Shown one piece after another: positions 1-10,080 of a stretch of 64,000 nt of DNA (position 1 is the first letter of the stretch; each line of letters begins with the position of its first letter). Source of the stretch: an uncultured cyanobacterium (GTDB taxonomy: Bacteria > Cyanobacteriota > Cyanobacteriia > Pseudanabaenales > Pseudanabaenaceae); contig OY969811.1 in the NCBI GenBank assembly GCA_963703315.1, positions 2,304,001 through 2,368,000 on the forward strand, in the 5' to 3' direction. The notes under the pieces are model-generated. The model made no database searches, had not been told where the DNA came from, and worked only from the letters and a program-made list of their open reading frames with translations. The position numbers and the translations under genes are program-made.

Positions 1-424
1 CATCGGTATATGTTCCTTCTTCACTAGGTTGCCCTTCACTCTTGCCGTAGCCGCGATAGTCAAACAAAAATGTAGCAAGTCCTAAATCTTTAAATATTGG
101 CAAATAACTGATGCGATTGCTAATATTGCCACCATTGCCATGACAAAACAAAATGACACCTTTGCCAACGGGATCATTATCTTTGACGGGGATAAACCAA
201 GCAGACAAATTGACATTATCTTTGGTAGTTAGTTGAATATCTTCAAATTTTAAGCCCATAGATTTAGGAGTTTCTAAAACATCTTTGCTGGGCATAAAGA
301 CTAGATTTGATTGCCCAAAATATAAGGCGATCGCTAAGCCAATATAAGCAAAAATAAGAATCCGAATCACAGGCAGTAACAACTTCTGAAATATTTGAAA
401 TGCTGATTGTAAATTTTGACTCAT
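1..424 (-). CDS. alpha/beta hydrolase (partial, runs off window start)
   Basis: Manual translation from ATG at 424: N-terminal hydrophobic segment, then ...LFCHGNGGNIS...FDYRGYGKSEGQPSEEG, typical of the ABHD/BEM46-like family. Confidence 0.85.
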   Translation of the reverse strand, partial: MSQNLQSAFQIFQKLLLPVIRILIFAYIGLAIALYFGQSNLVFMPSKDVLETPKSMGLKFEDIQLTTKDNVNLSAWFIPVKDNDPVGKGVILFCHGNGGNISNRISYLPIFKDLGLATFLFDYRGYGKSEGQPSEEGTYTD

Positions 425-526
425 ACTGCTTCAAGCCCTGCTATTTGCGATAAAGATATGACTAGTTAAGTACAGCACAAAGCACTGTAGTATGATTATT
501 CGAGCAACTTATAACATTTCAAGAAA

Positions 527-571
527 GCAAGGTATTGTTTCTTCGCCTTCGGCAGGGAAACAATACCTTGC
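527..571. repeat. palindromic repeat, CC-TTC-GG loop family
   Basis: GCAAGGTATTGTTTCTTCGCC TTC GGCAGGGAAACAATACCTTGC; related to 36107-36157. Confidence 0.8.
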
Positions 572-613
572 GACAAGCTCTATATCCACTTAAAGTATGA
601 ATTAAGGTGAATT

Positions 614-2128
614 ATGCCCTCATTAAGTATTACTCTGATTTCACTAATCATAATCATTTTAGGAGTACTTAGCTTGCGGTATTGGGCAAAAAGAAAACGT
701 TATCAATCTCTTAGATCATTACCATCACCATCAGGACACTGGCTATTAGGCAATATTCCTCAAGTATTGGCAGCAGTTAAAAAGAAGCAATTTTTTAAAC
801 TGCTATTTGATTGGAGTAAGCAATATGGTTCTATTTATGTTTATTGGGTAGGTGTTCCTGTTGTCATTTTAAGTAAGCCTTCAGTCATTGAAAGTACAAT
901 TATTAATGGCATGAGAGATGGTAGTTTGATTAGGTCACAAACGGCAACCAGTGCTTGGAATGATATTAGTGGTGCAATTTTACTTGGACAAAGTGGAGCG
1001 GAGTGGCAATGGCGGCGCAAAGCTTGGAATCCAGAATTTAGTCCAGTGGGAATCTCTGCCTATATAGGCGTTGTGGAGCAAGCCTGTTCTCAAATTACCG
1101 ACAAAATTAGAACCGCCGATCGCTCAGAAACAGTTCCCGTCGATCGCTTGTTTGTTGAATTAACGATGCGCGTAATTGCTAGTTTATTGTTAGGCATTCC
1201 TGTAGATAGTAAAAGTTCAGAAGGAGTGTCTTTAGATATTCCCAAAGTTTACGAAGCGATGTCAATTCTGGGCTATCGATTTCTGCGTGTGGCAACGGGT
1301 GAAAAACCTTGGAAGAAATATCTACCCACACAATCATCGCGTGATTACTGGTCGGCTAGAAAATATATGGAAGAATTCCTAACTCCCCGTATAAACCTTG
1401 CTTTGCAACTTAGAGACAATCAAACTAGCAATTCTGACTTGCTTACTCCCCTATTTCAAGAGTCCATGCTGGTAAAAATTACCGCGAAAGAACCTCGCTA
1501 CACAAGAGAAACTCTCATCGCTGAAGTAATTGAATTAATGATTGCGGGGACTGATACGACCGCCCATACTCTATCCTTTGCGATGGGTGAATTAGCCGCC
1601 CATCCAGAGGTTTTTCATAAGGCTCAAGCGATCGCCGATCAAGTATGGCAAAAGCATGGAGCAATCTCTATTGAAAGCCTAAAAGAACTCAACTATATCC
1701 GCGCCGTTGTGAAAGAAACACTTCGTATTTATTCCGTTGGGTCTGGTTCTACATCGTTACAAGCAGTCAAACAAACCACCATTGAGGGAATTACTATTCC
1801 TGTAGGCACGAAAATATTTTGGTCGATGCAAGCTGCTGGTAAGGATGCTGAGACATATTCCCAACCTGATGAATTTCTGCCAGAGCGTTGGCTCGAAGAA
1901 GGCAATGGCAGCCCTTCTCTACCGATGATTGATTTTGGCTCAGGTACTCATCGCTGTCTCGGTGAACATTTAGCCATGCTAGAAGCAACGATTATGCTGG
2001 CTCAATTGTTGCATAACTTTGATTGGGAATTAGTTAATGGTCGGGCATCTCTAGAAAATTTGCAACAGAACCTCTTAATTTATCCCTCTGATGGAATGCC
2101 TTTGCGATTTCGATTAAGAGGAAATTGA
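614..2128 (+). CDS. cytochrome P450 with N-terminal membrane anchor
   Basis: I-helix AGTDTT, ExxR (ETLR), PERW, heme motif FGSGTHRCLG. Confidence 0.95.
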   Translation: MPSLSITLISLIIIILGVLSLRYWAKRKRYQSLRSLPSPSGHWLLGNIPQVLAAVKKKQFFKLLFDWSKQYGSIYVYWVGVPVVILSKPSVIESTIINGMRDGSLIRSQTATSAWNDISGAILLGQSGAEWQWRRKAWNPEFSPVGISAYIGVVEQACSQITDKIRTADRSETVPVDRLFVELTMRVIASLLLGIPVDSKSSEGVSLDIPKVYEAMSILGYRFLRVATGEKPWKKYLPTQSSRDYWSARKYMEEFLTPRINLALQLRDNQTSNSDLLTPLFQESMLVKITAKEPRYTRETLIAEVIELMIAGTDTTAHTLSFAMGELAAHPEVFHKAQAIADQVWQKHGAISIESLKELNYIRAVVKETLRIYSVGSGSTSLQAVKQTTIEGITIPVGTKIFWSMQAAGKDAETYSQPDEFLPERWLEEGNGSPSLPMIDFGSGTHRCLGEHLAMLEATIMLAQLLHNFDWELVNGRASLENLQQNLLIYPSDGMPLRFRLRGN

Positions 2129-2141
2129 TTTATCCCGCAAG

Positions 2142-2179
2142 TTGCTGTAAGGGCAATTCATGAATTGCCCTTACAGCAA
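2142..2179. repeat. REP-like palindrome / likely bidirectional terminator
   Basis: TTGCTGTAAGGGCAATTCATGAATTGCCCTTACAGCAA between convergent genes. Confidence 0.75.
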
Positions 2180-2185
2180 TTTTCT

Positions 2186-3688
2186 TTATGCTTTTTTCAC
2201 TAAGACTAATTCTTCAGGCGTGAAGTCTTCAAAGGCGACTTGCTGACTGGCTAATAGCTCAACTGTGGCATCCGCAATGTCATTATTTGCCGCAGCGCGA
2301 TCGCGCAAACGTTGCTGCAAAACTTCCACAGGCGCAGTGCAGTAAATAATTTCCACAGGAATATTTTGAGCTTGGGCGGCGGCGATCGCTTGACTTCGTA
2401 AACTAAGGCGATCGTACTTCGCATCGAGAATGACCGTGAAGCCTTTGCTAGCTAACAAAGTCCCTAACTCCGCCAATCTGGTATAGGTCTTCGCCGTCAT
2501 CTCTGGTGTGTAAATGTCATCACTACCACGCTCCATTAGGTCAATTCCTGCGATTTGCTTACGAATTGCATCCGATCGCAGATAGATGGCATCTTGCTCA
2601 GAGGCAATTTTTCTTGCCGTTGTGCTTTTACCAGAACCCGACACACCCGACATGATGATCACCTTGCCCTGTTTGGGTTGCGTATATTCCCAAGCCAGTT
2701 TGTAATATGCCGAAGCTTCCGTTTGAGCATTAGTTTTGACATCCGCAGGAATATTCGGATCATCAAGTAAGAAGGAAGTCACTTTAGCGCGAATATAGGC
2801 ACGCATACTGCAATGGAGTGGTAACAGTACGGCTCCTTCATAATCACCTGTGCGCTCTAGATAAGTATTCAGAAAGATATTTGCGAGATCCCTACGACCG
2901 CGAAATTGTAAATCCATTAATAGAAATGCGGCATCGTACAGCACATCGCTATTACGGAATGGCTCATTAAATTCGATACAGTCAAAAATCTGGATTTGAT
3001 CTTGATAAAGACAAATATTTTTTAGATGGACATCGCCATGACACTCGCGGACTTTGCCCTTAGCAATGCGATCTCTAAACACCGATGCATTCTCCGCAAA
3101 GAATTTCTCCGTATAGGCACGGGTTTGAGCAAGCTGTTCTTCAGTCTGAGCAATGCCCACATATTTTTCTGTAGATGCGTAGTTGTCATTGGCTACGGCG
3201 CGTACAGCTTCGGCAGTTCCGAAAGTATTGATATGGTCATTGGTTAGAGCCTGTTGATGGAATGCCGCTAACTGTTCCCCTATCTGCTTTACATGGTCAG
3301 CCGTCAATCTTCCCGATGCAAATACCTCGATTAACAAATCCTCTTGTGAGAACTCTGGCATGGCGATCGCATATTCCACAGGCGTACCTGCACCAGTCTG
3401 ATCAAAATGATAATTTCCATCGGTTTCCACAATTGGCAAAACTGAGAGATAAAGCTCAGGCGCAAGGCGGCGATTGAGGCGCAGTTCTTCCTCACAAAAA
3501 TGTTTACGCTTCTCTAAAGTAGAAAAATCTAAAAATCCAAAATTCATTGGTTTCTTGACTTTGTATGCGAACTTTCCTGTTAATAGCACAAAGGAAATAT
3601 GAGTTTGTAAAAGCTGAATTGGCTCGGTGACAGGATGATCATAAAATTCAGGCAAGAGCATCTGCTCAATGATTGGCGGTAATGACAT
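2186..3688 (-). CDS. bifunctional phosphotransferase-like / P-loop kinase (AAA_33) protein
   Basis: THISFV, HGDVHLKNI, FDCIEFNEPFR; C-terminal Walker A GVSGSGKST. Confidence 0.85.
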   Translation of the reverse strand: MSLPPIIEQMLLPEFYDHPVTEPIQLLQTHISFVLLTGKFAYKVKKPMNFGFLDFSTLEKRKHFCEEELRLNRRLAPELYLSVLPIVETDGNYHFDQTGAGTPVEYAIAMPEFSQEDLLIEVFASGRLTADHVKQIGEQLAAFHQQALTNDHINTFGTAEAVRAVANDNYASTEKYVGIAQTEEQLAQTRAYTEKFFAENASVFRDRIAKGKVRECHGDVHLKNICLYQDQIQIFDCIEFNEPFRNSDVLYDAAFLLMDLQFRGRRDLANIFLNTYLERTGDYEGAVLLPLHCSMRAYIRAKVTSFLLDDPNIPADVKTNAQTEASAYYKLAWEYTQPKQGKVIIMSGVSGSGKSTTARKIASEQDAIYLRSDAIRKQIAGIDLMERGSDDIYTPEMTAKTYTRLAELGTLLASKGFTVILDAKYDRLSLRSQAIAAAQAQNIPVEIIYCTAPVEVLQQRLRDRAAANNDIADATVELLASQQVAFEDFTPEELVLVKKA

Positions 3689-3760
3689 GGTAATTCGTAA
3701 TTGGTAAGTAGCTTTTGCCGCCTGCTACGCAGGCTGCAAAAGCCTCTAGTTTTTATCAGA

Positions 3761-4609
3761 CTAACCCACTTTGCGCTCAGTCACTAGAGTCAGGCTAGTC
3801 CATCCCCCTTTATTGTCATAGCTGCGAATCATTTTTTGATGTAGATTTGTCTCTAGTAGCCATGATATCGATAGACGAAAGGGTTTATTAGAGGCGATCG
3901 CTAAAGGACAGGTCATCGAAGCTCCATCAGGCAAAAATAGCGTTTGGCTGGGAAAAGTATCCTGATCGAAAGTTGAATCAAATTTTAGAATCTGGGAATT
4001 GCATGGATCGATCTGAGCAGTGGAAGTGATTGTTTTTGTACCCAAGCCTGTTGGCATGGTTAAAGACATAATTGCGCGATCGCCATCTTTTTGCCATTCC
4101 GTAACCGTTGGTGTTACCTCTGGGGTGAGCCAATCAGGGGAGAGGGTAATCGCTTCACCTTCCCATTTACCGAGCAACGTCTCAAGGGTCAAGGGAGGAC
4201 GTTCAGGGGTGGCGCTATTGGGTAAATGTTCACGAATGAGGGTAAAGCGATCAAGTTGACTAGCTCTATCATAGAGAGTAACTATGCGTAAACGGCGATC
4301 GCCATAAATCAGACCTAACTCTGCACCAAATTCTGTAAATGGTGAGAATTGAATTGCCCCTTGAGAAAAAGCGCCGTTCTCAAATAGAATTATGCTCTTG
4401 TTGAGTGAACGGTATTCTAAAACTAAGTCCTGTGGCTGCCCATCATAAAATCGGCGCACAACCTGCCGCATGGTGAGATGATCTTCTTTAAGTTCTAAAC
4501 TTGTCTCACTCGGAATATCTTCTAATATCTCGCCTTTAGAGGATAATCGCGTAAATGAACCCTGCCAACAGCCAAGGTTTTGTAATAAACATTCCCATTG
4601 CGATCGCAT
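3761..4609 (-). CDS. DUF3598 family protein
   Basis: N-terminus SQWECLLQNLGCWQGSFT and GAFSQG characteristic of this cyanobacterial family. Confidence 0.8.
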   Translation of the reverse strand: MRSQWECLLQNLGCWQGSFTRLSSKGEILEDIPSETSLELKEDHLTMRQVVRRFYDGQPQDLVLEYRSLNKSIILFENGAFSQGAIQFSPFTEFGAELGLIYGDRRLRIVTLYDRASQLDRFTLIREHLPNSATPERPPLTLETLLGKWEGEAITLSPDWLTPEVTPTVTEWQKDGDRAIMSLTMPTGLGTKTITSTAQIDPCNSQILKFDSTFDQDTFPSQTLFLPDGASMTCPLAIASNKPFRLSISWLLETNLHQKMIRSYDNKGGWTSLTLVTERKVG

Positions 4610-4693
4610 AATTAGATACCTACCTACTTACTATAGAAATCATGTTAATGTCATGATTTATTCGCGTTTCCAGTGATTTATCGCAGCAAGAAC

Positions 4694-4876
4694 GTAGGGG
4701 CTTAGCATTTGCGCCACAATTTTAAAACCCATCACAGAAATCTCGATCCGCGAATGCTAAGCCCTCTGTGCTTTTACAGACAATTTGTCCTTGCGTTGCG
4801 AGTTTTTGGACAGAGCATTCCCAAAGGAAGATTATCTAAAAACTTATAGATTGTGGCAGGAATGCTCTGTCCCTAC
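4694..4876. repeat. double-hairpin GTAG...CTAC element, copy 1 (REP-doublet/MITE-like)
   Basis: Two inverted-repeat pairs and a conserved linker; diverged direct repeat of 5972-6153. Confidence 0.85.
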
Positions 4877-5098
4877 AGTTCTATTCTAGGAGGCGCGAAT
4901 AAATAATGACGCTAACGGCATTGCGGTAAAGGCGCGATCGCACAAAGATTTTTCTGACATAATTTTGAGCTGTAAATACCAAAAATAATCATAGTTGAAG
5001 TAGGCTTGGAAAGTTTACTTTAACCACATTTTTTGTGCTATACAGGAGATGGCTTACAAGGTTTTCACGGCTAAATTACGCGAATATTTCGGGAAATT

Positions 5099-5947
5099 AT
5101 GGTGGCGAAATACTTTAATCCTTATACTGATTTTGGCTTTAAGAAACTGTTCGGCGAAGAAGGCAGTAAAGATTTGCTCATCGATTTTCTCAATCAACTT
5201 TTACCGATACATCATCAAATTCAACAATTAACATTTAAAAATTCTGAAAATCTCTCCGACACCATATCGGAACGTAAAGCTATTTTTGATATTTACTGCG
5301 AAAGTAAAACTGGTGATAAGTTTATTGTGGAAATGCAAAAAGCGAAAATCAAGCATTTCAAAGATCGAGCCTTATTCTATTCCACATTCCCAATTCGAGA
5401 ACAGTCGGAAAAAGGAGATTGGAATTTTTATTTATTACCAATCTATTTTATTGCCATATTAGATTTTGAGTACGATGAACATACCACACCCAAGTTTAGG
5501 CGCGATGTATGCCTCAAAGACCAAGATGGAGATATATTCTTCGATAAGTTAAATTTTAAGTTTTTACAAATGCCGCTATTCAATAAACAAGAGAATGAAC
5601 TAGTAACTCACTTCGATAAATGGCTGTATTTTTTAAAGAACCTAGAAAGTTTTAATCACATACCCGCAATACTCAATGAACCAATCTTTCAAAAAGGATT
5701 TGAAATCGCCGAAATATCGCACTTAGATCTAGAGCAGTATGAACAATATAAAAAGAGTTTAGTCCAGTATTTAGAAGTGAAAAATGTATTTGATACAGCC
5801 TTTGAAGAAGGTGAAAAGGTCGGTATTGAGAAGGGTATTGAGAAAGGTATTGAGAAAGTTGCCAAAGCATTGAAAGAGCAAAATGTAGCCATAGAAATCA
5901 TTGCCGAATCAACTGGTTTATCATATGAAGTTATTAGTAGGATTTAA
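5099..5947 (+). CDS. Rpn family recombination-promoting nuclease / PD-(D/E)XK putative transposase
   Basis: NPYTDFGFKKLFG, DIYCE...FIVEMQ, C-terminal GIEK repeats and HTH-like tail. Confidence 0.92.
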   Translation: MVAKYFNPYTDFGFKKLFGEEGSKDLLIDFLNQLLPIHHQIQQLTFKNSENLSDTISERKAIFDIYCESKTGDKFIVEMQKAKIKHFKDRALFYSTFPIREQSEKGDWNFYLLPIYFIAILDFEYDEHTTPKFRRDVCLKDQDGDIFFDKLNFKFLQMPLFNKQENELVTHFDKWLYFLKNLESFNHIPAILNEPIFQKGFEIAEISHLDLEQYEQYKKSLVQYLEVKNVFDTAFEEGEKVGIEKGIEKGIEKVAKALKEQNVAIEIIAESTGLSYEVISRI

Positions 5948-5971
5948 GTCAAGCCCTATAAACACAAACTT

Positions 5972-6153
5972 GTAGGGGTTGAGCATTTGCGCCACTATTT
6001 TTATACTCCCCACAATCATCTTGAAATGCAAATGCTCAACCCTTTGTGCTTTCATCGATAACTTGTCCCTGCGTTGCGAGGTTTGGGCAAAGCATTGCCA
6101 AATCAAAATTATCTGAAAATTTATAGGTTTTCGGGGCAATGCTTTGCCCCTAC
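5972..6153. repeat. double-hairpin GTAG...CTAC element, copy 2
   Basis: Same architecture as 4694-4876 with compensatory stem changes. Confidence 0.85.
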
Positions 6154-6194
6154 AGAAGGATTGTCTGATGCGCTAATAATTTATCACACTAACG

Positions 6195-6465
6195 TTATTC
6201 TCCTAAGTCATCCTGAATTTTTGCTAGGAGTTCTTCGCAGTCTTTGACTAAAGGAATGCCAAGTTCTTGGGAGAGGGTGAGGGCGGCTTGGCAATGGGTG
6301 AGGGCGAGTTGGGGTTGATTGGTTTGATAGGCGATCGCTGCAAGCGCTTTGAAACTATGGGCTATTAAAGGTTTAAGGTTAATCTCTTGGGAAATAACTA
6401 AGGATGCTTGAATTTTGGTTTCTGCTTCGCTGTAGTTTTCCAGTTCGATCAATGCCTCCCCTATA
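6195..6465 (-). pseudogene. 3' fragment of HTH-NB-ARC-TPR gene separated by IS5
   Basis: TPR-like sequence IGEALIELENYSEA...; joins 7368-9593 in frame when the IS and one TATA copy are removed. Confidence 0.85.
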
Positions 6466-7367
6466 GAACCCATTTGATATCTTAAGAAGTAGCGGCAAGA
6501 CGCTTAAGCATAAGCCTGATAAAGCATAACTTGAGTCTAGCATTGGCATTGACCAGAGTTCTGTCAAAGTTTTTAACAAGGCTTTTACATCTCTCCACCC
6601 AAGCATTGCTTCTTTCCACAATCCAACGCATAGGAATAACAACGAAACCAGATATTCCTTGAGATTTCTTTTCATGCTTAGACATTTTCGGTGCAACCTT
6701 AAACCTAATCTTGGTCATAATCTGAGAGTAAATCTTTTCTAATTCTTTAGTTAAATATTCAGGATTGTAGCCGTGATCTACCATGACTGTGATCTTAGGA
6801 ATGTTGACGGGTTTGGCTTTGAAGTAATCTATGTTTGCCTCAAACATCTCAATCAAGCCCATGTCATCAGACACACTAGCTTTGGTGCAATGAGTAAAGA
6901 AAGGAAAACCAAGCGAATCAATACCCAAATGTCGTTTGATGCCGTTAGTAGCTTTGTAGAAGCAGAAACCTTTGGAATCAACACTTGCATTACAAGTATT
7001 TTTTGTAGCTTGTGAATCAACAATAATTAAGGTTGTCCACTTAGGCTTTTTTTTTACTTGTTCTCTTGTCTGCGCGTGTAATTGTTCGCTAATTGTATCT
7101 AGGACTCTTGCTTCGCGCCATTGCTTGTAGTACCAATACACTGTGGAGTAAGGCGGTAGATCTTTGGGTAAGTCTGCCCAATTGCATCCATTCTTCAGTT
7201 GGTAGAATATTCCATTGAGTATTTCGCGTTTTGTCCATTCTGGTGGTCTTGTCTTCTTTTTCTTTGGTAATAGAGGTTCTATGATCTCCCACTCTTTATC
7301 GCTTAAGTCTGTTGTATATCCCATCTTTTAGCCGTTTTTACTTTATTATAAGATATCAAATGGGTTC
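6466..7367 (-). mobile_element. IS5 family insertion sequence (902 bp)
   Basis: Perfect 19-bp terminal IRs GAACCCATTTGATATCTTA / TAAGATATCAAATGGGTTC, TATA on both flanks. Confidence 0.95.
6482..7324 (-). CDS. IS5 family transposase
   Basis: YTTDLSDKEW, GCNWADLPKDLPP, VDSQ, RWIVERS motifs. Confidence 0.95.
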   Translation of the reverse strand: MGYTTDLSDKEWEIIEPLLPKKKKTRPPEWTKREILNGIFYQLKNGCNWADLPKDLPPYSTVYWYYKQWREARVLDTISEQLHAQTREQVKKKPKWTTLIIVDSQATKNTCNASVDSKGFCFYKATNGIKRHLGIDSLGFPFFTHCTKASVSDDMGLIEMFEANIDYFKAKPVNIPKITVMVDHGYNPEYLTKELEKIYSQIMTKIRFKVAPKMSKHEKKSQGISGFVVIPMRWIVERSNAWVERCKSLVKNFDRTLVNANARLKLCFIRLMLKRLAATS

Positions 7368-9593
7368 TATATTATGTAAAGAAATTGCCACCCCACTCCG
7401 ATTGCCCATTTCTTCTTCGATTTCGAGAGATTGCTGTTGATAGGACATCGCTTTTGCATACTGCCCCAAGGAATCATAACAAATGCCTAAATTGCCTAGA
7501 GAACCTGCCAACCCTTGCCGATAGCCGATTTCTTCATTGATGTCGCGTTGTTGCTGGAGATAGGTGATCGCTTTTTCATACTGCCCCAAGTTTCTATAAC
7601 AAAGTCCTAAATTGCCTAGAGAACTTGCTACCCCTCGCCGATTGCCGATTTCTTTACTGATTTCGAGAGATTGCTGGTGATAGATGATCGCTTTTTCATA
7701 CTGCCCCAAGGAATTGTAACAAAGTCCTAAATTGCCTAGAGATCCTGCCATCCCTTGCCGATTGCCCATTTCTTCTTCGATTTCGAGAGATTGCTGTTGA
7801 TAGGTGATCGCTTTTTTATACTGCCCCAAGGAATAATAACAATTGCCTAAACCACCTAGAGGATTTGCTATCCGCCGCCGATCGCCGATTTCTTCACTGA
7901 TTGCGAGAGATTGCTCGTAGAGGGCGATCGCTTTTTCATACTGACTCAAGCGATAGTAACAACCACCCAGACGGTTTAACGATTTGCAATGACAATCTTG
8001 TTCGCGTTGACTCCCCGCAAACACCTGCTTATATAACTGCGCGTTCTGACGATAAAACCCTTGTAAATTCAAAAAGTCATTAACCGATTTATTTTTCCCT
8101 TCTCCCCCTCTTTCCTCATCCAAAATATCGTAGGCTAACTGCCATTCTCCCAATTCCCCTGCATGGTAAAACCCCTCCAAATACGCCGTCAAATCCTCCA
8201 ACGATTCCCAAGGTGGCGCAGGTAAATGTGCCAAAAAATAATCCAACGCAGCCTGATGCGCCGATCGCAACAACTCAGAATCCGCTTGCTGTTGCACCAC
8301 CATCGAAATTAAAGGCAAAAACTGAAACCGTCGCGGGTTTCCCTTGAGCGGTTCGGGGGGAAACTCCTGCAATAACGACAAACAGGCTAAATCCCGTAAC
8401 TCTGCATCCGTTACCTCGGCTGTTAACCCCTGAGCTAACCCTAGATCAAAAATCCCTCGCAATACCGATAACCGCTTTAAAATATCCCCTAACTTTGCCG
8501 ATAATCGCGCCAAACTCGCCGCTACCACTTCCTTGACACAGGTTTCCGTAACACGACGGTGATAACCCTTTACCGTAAACAAATCTAAGCCCAAATTTTC
8601 CGCCTCTGTCACACAAATCCCTTTCCCCAACTCCTTCCGCATCCAACTCGATACCAGTTGCATCAAGAGAGGATGCCGATCCATGCGGTTGACAAAATTG
8701 GCTAATTCCTGCTGCGTTCCCGTTAATCCATAGTCTTCCGTCACCAAACGCATCGCATCGGCTTCTGCTAACCCCTTTAGGGCTAACCAATAACAACGCG
8801 GCTGCAAATTGGCGCTAAACACTGGCTGTTCCCGACTGGTGAGCAGTAGCTTACTGTTACTCCCATTCCCTAACCATTGACTCAAAAATTGAGCATGAAC
8901 CGTCTTCCCTTCTGCTGGTATTACCGCTTCCATATTGTCCAACACCAACAAATAAGGCTCAGCGATTAACCCTTCGACGATCTGCCCAATTAACGTCTCC
9001 TCGTTCCATTTTTCATCATAATCTCGTCCTAACTGCTCCAATAACCAGCGCCCAAATTGCGCCAAGGGATAAGGCTGAATAAAACTAACCCACAACACCC
9101 GCCAATCAGGGGTTAACTGCTCTTTGAACTTCACCGCTAAAGCCGATTTACCATAGCCTCCTGCGGCGGTGATCCCGATTAAGCGTACTTTGTCATTGCT
9201 TAGGGCAGTTTGGAGTTCCTTGATTTCATCCTGTCGTCCCTGCCATTCATCCACAGGCGGCGGTGTCGTATTCAGAGTTGCGGCGATCGCCACAGTTTGA
9301 GAAGTTTGACGAGACTTAGCGGGATTCCATTCATTGGGATCAACAATCTCCGTGACCTCTAAACCCAAAGCAGCACAAATCGCTAGGACGTAATCTCGAT
9401 CAATGCCTTTACCATCAAAAAATCGTCTTACGGTTCTCGGATCGACTGAAGCTTGAGCATTCTGAGAAATGCGATCGGCAATACCTTCAAAGGTCAAACG
9501 AGTTCCATCCGCTTCGCCAGCCGCCTTAACCTCACGAAGTTTTTGCAGTCCCGCAACCGTTGCGGCGATCCCTCTAGTGCGCTGTGTAGGCAT
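7368..9593 (-). pseudogene. HTH - NB-ARC (STAND) - TPR protein, 5' part, truncated by IS5 (the truncated product may still be made)
   Basis: N-terminal XRE-like HTH, Walker A AAGGYGKS, Walker B LLVLDN, LLTSRE, TPR repeats; ORF stops inside the IS IR at 7356. Confidence 0.85.
7380..7945 (-). repeat. intragenic 120-bp TPR-coding tandem repeats (~5 copies)
   Basis: GATCGCTTTTTCATACTGCCCCAAG-like motif recurs every 120 nt. Confidence 0.9.
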
Positions 9594-9754
9594 GACTCAA
9601 CCAAGTTTTGCTGACAGTGTTGATTTAGTTTAACTCAATTCTAAAGAGGACAGAAAAGGCAGTTAAGAAAATTTTGCTATCTGCCTTAACCCGTCTGGAG
9701 GTTTCATGTCATTTTTTCGATGATGGCATTGTCAACTTTATAGAGAACTTCCCC

Positions 9755-9979
9755 ATGACTCCCTTACAACGATTTCTTAAGTTCGTAATCATTGCCAACC
9801 TCTTGTTATTCCCGCCAACACAGAGACGAGCTTTCTTCCAACGATTTCTTAAGCTCGTAATCATTGCCAACACATTACTGCATCTTTTCTCCTCCATCGG
9901 TTTAAAACTCGATTTAGCCCATTCTTTTAAAGAATCTCCTCTTGTACCACCTAGTCAAACCTGCACCAAGCAACCCTAA
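9755..9979 (+). CDS. small hypothetical protein with internal duplication
   Basis: ATG 9755; QRFLK(F/L)VIIAN twice, 24 codons apart. Confidence 0.45.
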   Translation: MTPLQRFLKFVIIANLLLFPPTQRRAFFQRFLKLVIIANTLLHLFSSIGLKLDLAHSFKESPLVPPSQTCTKQP

Positions 9980-9984
9980 CTAGA

Positions 9985-10048
9985 AAGATCGCCGACTTTT
10001 TTAGGTAAGCAAAGACAGCTTGCAAATTTACAAAAAGTCGGCGATCTT
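9985..10048. terminator. inverted repeat between convergent genes
   Basis: 17-bp arms AAGATCGCCGACTTTTT / AAAAAGTCGGCGATCTT. Confidence 0.6.
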
Positions 10049-10080
10049 AACCTTTACTTTTTAACTTTTCCTATGCCTAC

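Noticed and set aside
9767..9871. CRISPR array
   Set aside because: Only two repeats, no cas genes, no typical repeat end, and an in-frame period; kept as a finding, not annotated as CRISPR.
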